Positions 60,114 to 64,000 of a stretch of DNA of 64,000 nucleotides are shown here, one piece after another. The stretch is from an uncultured Solobacterium sp. GTDB taxonomy: Bacteria; Bacillota_I; Bacilli_A; Erysipelotrichales; Erysipelotrichaceae. A program made the translations under genes and the position numbers. Position 1 is the first letter of the stretch. Every line of letters starts with the position of its first letter. The notes beneath the pieces were generated by a model, which saw only the letters and a list, made by a program, of their open reading frames with translations, ran no database searches and was not told where the DNA came from. The stretch covers positions 4,648 through 68,647 of the forward strand of contig CAURLC010000006.1 of the NCBI GenBank assembly GCA_963525775.1. Reading direction: 5' to 3'.

Positions 60114-61078
60114 TACGTTGGGGAATTATTGGCGCTGGGAAAATTGCCCAGCGTTTTGTAAAGAGTCTAGCAAATGAATCAAATAGTGAACTCTATGCAG
60201 TTAGTTGTCGTACTCTTGTAAAAGCACAACAGTTTGCGGATACATATCACGCTTCAAAAGCGTATGGATCCTATGAAGAACTTTTACAAGATTCAAATGT
60301 AGATGCAGTATATATTACCTTGCCACATGGCTATCATTATATATGGTCAATCAAAGCCATCAAAGCAGGCAAGGCAGTACTGGTTGAAAAACCGGCTGGT
60401 ATAAATGCATTTGAGATTGAGGGAATCATGGAAGTATTAAAACAACATCCAGTATTGTGGATGGAAGCGATGAAGCCTCGATTTACACCACTCTATCAAA
60501 AGGTACAGGCATTAATCCAAGAAGGTAGCCTTGGAGATATCCAAGAAATTCATACAGTACTTAACTCAAAACAATCAGATGAAGTGATTCAAAATAGTTA
60601 TCTAAGTGATCCTATCTATGGAGGAGCTTTGTTAGACTGTGGTTGTTATTGTGCAACATGGATTACAGAATATACAAAGGGTAAGCTACGCATTGACCAT
60701 ATTGATGTAGACTTGCAAGATGGATATGACTTACACACGAAGGTACAGATGCATATAGGTAATACACTAGTCACTTTAGAAACTGCAATCAATCAACCAG
60801 AAAAGAAAGAAGTTTTGATTAAGGGTACAAAGGGTGAAATCCGTATTCCAGATTTGCATAGACCTATAACGGCAGAGTTAAAGATTGAAGATAAAATAGA
60901 AGTTATTGATTGTCCATATAAAGTAGATGACTTCTACGGAGAAATATCTCACTTTGTAAACTTACTTGAAAATGGAAAGCAAAGCTCTCCAATTATGCCT
61001 ATCCAAAGTAGTCTAGAAACTGCAATGTTATTAGATCGTATCAAGGATGCGATGACACCAAATCCAATTGAAATATAA
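60110..61078 (+). CDS. Gfo/Idh/MocA-family oxidoreductase
   Basis: Rossmann N-terminus WGIIGAGKIAQRF and the EKP motif. Confidence 0.85.
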   Translation: MIRWGIIGAGKIAQRFVKSLANESNSELYAVSCRTLVKAQQFADTYHASKAYGSYEELLQDSNVDAVYITLPHGYHYIWSIKAIKAGKAVLVEKPAGINAFEIEGIMEVLKQHPVLWMEAMKPRFTPLYQKVQALIQEGSLGDIQEIHTVLNSKQSDEVIQNSYLSDPIYGGALLDCGCYCATWITEYTKGKLRIDHIDVDLQDGYDLHTKVQMHIGNTLVTLETAINQPEKKEVLIKGTKGEIRIPDLHRPITAELKIEDKIEVIDCPYKVDDFYGEISHFVNLLENGKQSSPIMPIQSSLETAMLLDRIKDAMTPNPIEI

Positions 61079-61093
61079 TAGGGAAGAAAAAAT

Positions 61094-61297
61094 ATGAAAC
61101 TAAAGGAATATTTGCATCAATATGTACGAATCACTAACGATGAAGGATATTCTTTTGATGGATATGTTGCGGAGTTCTTTCGAGGCGAAGATAACGAGGA
61201 TGGAATCGACAGCATTGGCGTTTCAAGGGATGCCAAACATCTTGGTGGAATAGAGATTGGTGAGAATAATATAGTATCTATTCAGAGAATTAAATGA
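61094..61297 (+). CDS. Hypothetical small protein (67 aa)
   Basis: ORF with GGGAAG upstream; no family recognised. Confidence 0.4.
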   Translation: MKLKEYLHQYVRITNDEGYSFDGYVAEFFRGEDNEDGIDSIGVSRDAKHLGGIEIGENNIVSIQRIK

Positions 61298-61374
61298 TGA
61301 ATATTCTTGTTTAGAGTACTCAAAAATAAGTTGATGTATAGGGCCGAAAATTTCTGGTCTTTTTTTATTAAAAT

Positions 61375-61401
61375 TTAGCACTAAAGTGTTGACAGTGCTA
61401 A
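61375..61401 (+). promoter_or_regulatory. CIRCE operator 1, overlapping the -35 of the hrcA promoter
   Basis: TTAGCACTA-N9-CAGTGCTAA. It contains TTGACA (61389-61394), and TGgTATACT follows at 61407-61415. Confidence 0.85.
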
Positions 61402-61418
61402 AGTGTTGGTATACTATA

Positions 61419-61445
61419 TTAGCAGACATAGAAAAAGAGTGCTAA
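61419..61445 (+). promoter_or_regulatory. CIRCE operator 2, in the 5' UTR
   Basis: TTAGCAGAC-N9-GAGTGCTAA. Confidence 0.85.
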
Positions 61446-61461
61446 AAAGGAGGTGCTGGAG

Positions 61462-62488
61462 ATGTTGACACCAAGACGAATAGAAATCTTCAAGGCAATT
61501 GTCGATGAGTATATTCGTACGGCGGAACCAGTTGGTTCGCGTACATTACAAGAGCAGTATGACTTACCATATTCCAGTGCTACCATCCGTAATGATATGC
61601 AGGTCTTAGAGGAAATGGGCTATTTGGAAAAGACACATACTTCCAGTGGACGTGTTCCTAGTACGATGGGCTATAAGTTCTATTGTGAGAACTTATTGAA
61701 CAATGCGGCTGGTATTGATAAACGCATGGAACTTGCAATTCGTAGCGCATTTGATGTGTCGAGCATGAATATTGAGGAGGCGGTTCATCAAAGCTGTGAA
61801 ATCCTCAGTGAAATGACAAATATGACAGCTGGTGCAATCGGACCAGATGCCAATACGCAATGTCTAGAACATATAAAATTGTTCCCGATTGATATGCGTA
61901 ATGCGGTATGTGTATTTATCACAAATACAGGACATACCGAAACAAAGAACTTCCACTTTGAAGATGATGTACCTTTCAAAGATTTGGAAGCATGTACGGA
62001 TATCTTAAACAAGCGATTAAAGGGTGTTCCACTTGCGGAAGTGCCTAGTCGTATGGAAGATATCAAACCTGATTTATGTAGTGCTGTACATCGCCACGAT
62101 CTACTCTTTACAGCGTTTGTTAGAGCGTTCGTAAAGTTTGCTAGTGAAAGTGTATACTTCTCTGGAAAAGATCGTGTATTATATCAACCTGAATTTGAAG
62201 ATATCAACAAGTTAAAGCAATTGATGTTGATGTTTGATGATACAAAGGTATGGCGTGGATTAGATTCCAGCGAAAATGCTGTTGCGGTTACTACTACAAA
62301 GGGCGCACAGCTTACTTGGTATAACGATTTAGCAGTTGTACGTTCCAAGTTCCATGTCAATGATACGGAAAGTGGCGAACTGATGGTTGTTGGACCAAGT
62401 AGAATGAATTATGAAAAAGTCGTAAATCTTATTGATTATGCGGCACGTTTGATTGAAAAGATGTATAACTCAGGAGGTGAAAGTGGCA

Positions 62489-62496
<8 letters not shown>
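61462..62496 (+). CDS. hrcA: Heat-inducible transcription repressor HrcA
   Basis: LTPRRIEIFKAIVDEYIRTAEPVGSRTL; SD AAAGGAGG 9 nt before ATG 61462. Confidence 0.96.

Positions 62497-64000
<1,504 letters not shown>

Overview
This is a low-GC Bacillota chromosomal segment, and the gene order suggests an Erysipelotrichales-like organism, though I cannot verify the taxon. About 90% of genes lie on the + strand. Most of the window is core housekeeping: ffh-rpsP-KH-rimM-trmD, pyrC-K-D-B-I, rplS-lepB-rbgA-rnhB-dprA-topA-trmFO-xerC, rpsB-tsf, pyrH-frr-uppS-cdsA-dxr-rseP, galE, radC, polA-mutM-coaE-dnaB(like)-dnaI, pfkA-pyk, rnj, def, ftsW-rsmD-coaD and hrcA-grpE-dnaK (truncated at the window end). Three visibly AT-richer accessory insertions interrupt these conserved clusters: (1) an AbiEi/AbiEii type IV toxin-antitoxin / abortive-infection pair with an operator-like inverted repeat, (2) an orphan fused ABC exporter behind a promoter whose spacer is an (AT)10 microsatellite, and (3) a four-repeat Cna-B surface protein with a degenerate sorting motif. 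Two tandem paralogous NlpC/P60 hydrolases have no Shine-Dalgarno sequence. Both share the geometry TTGCAA-N18-TAnAAT-N6-ATG, which predicts leaderless mRNAs, and the DUF1836 gene shows the same pattern. I found no rRNA, tRNA, CRISPR array, transposase or integrase other than xerC. I found no convincing novel multi-gene system, so the findings are modest, checkable leads.
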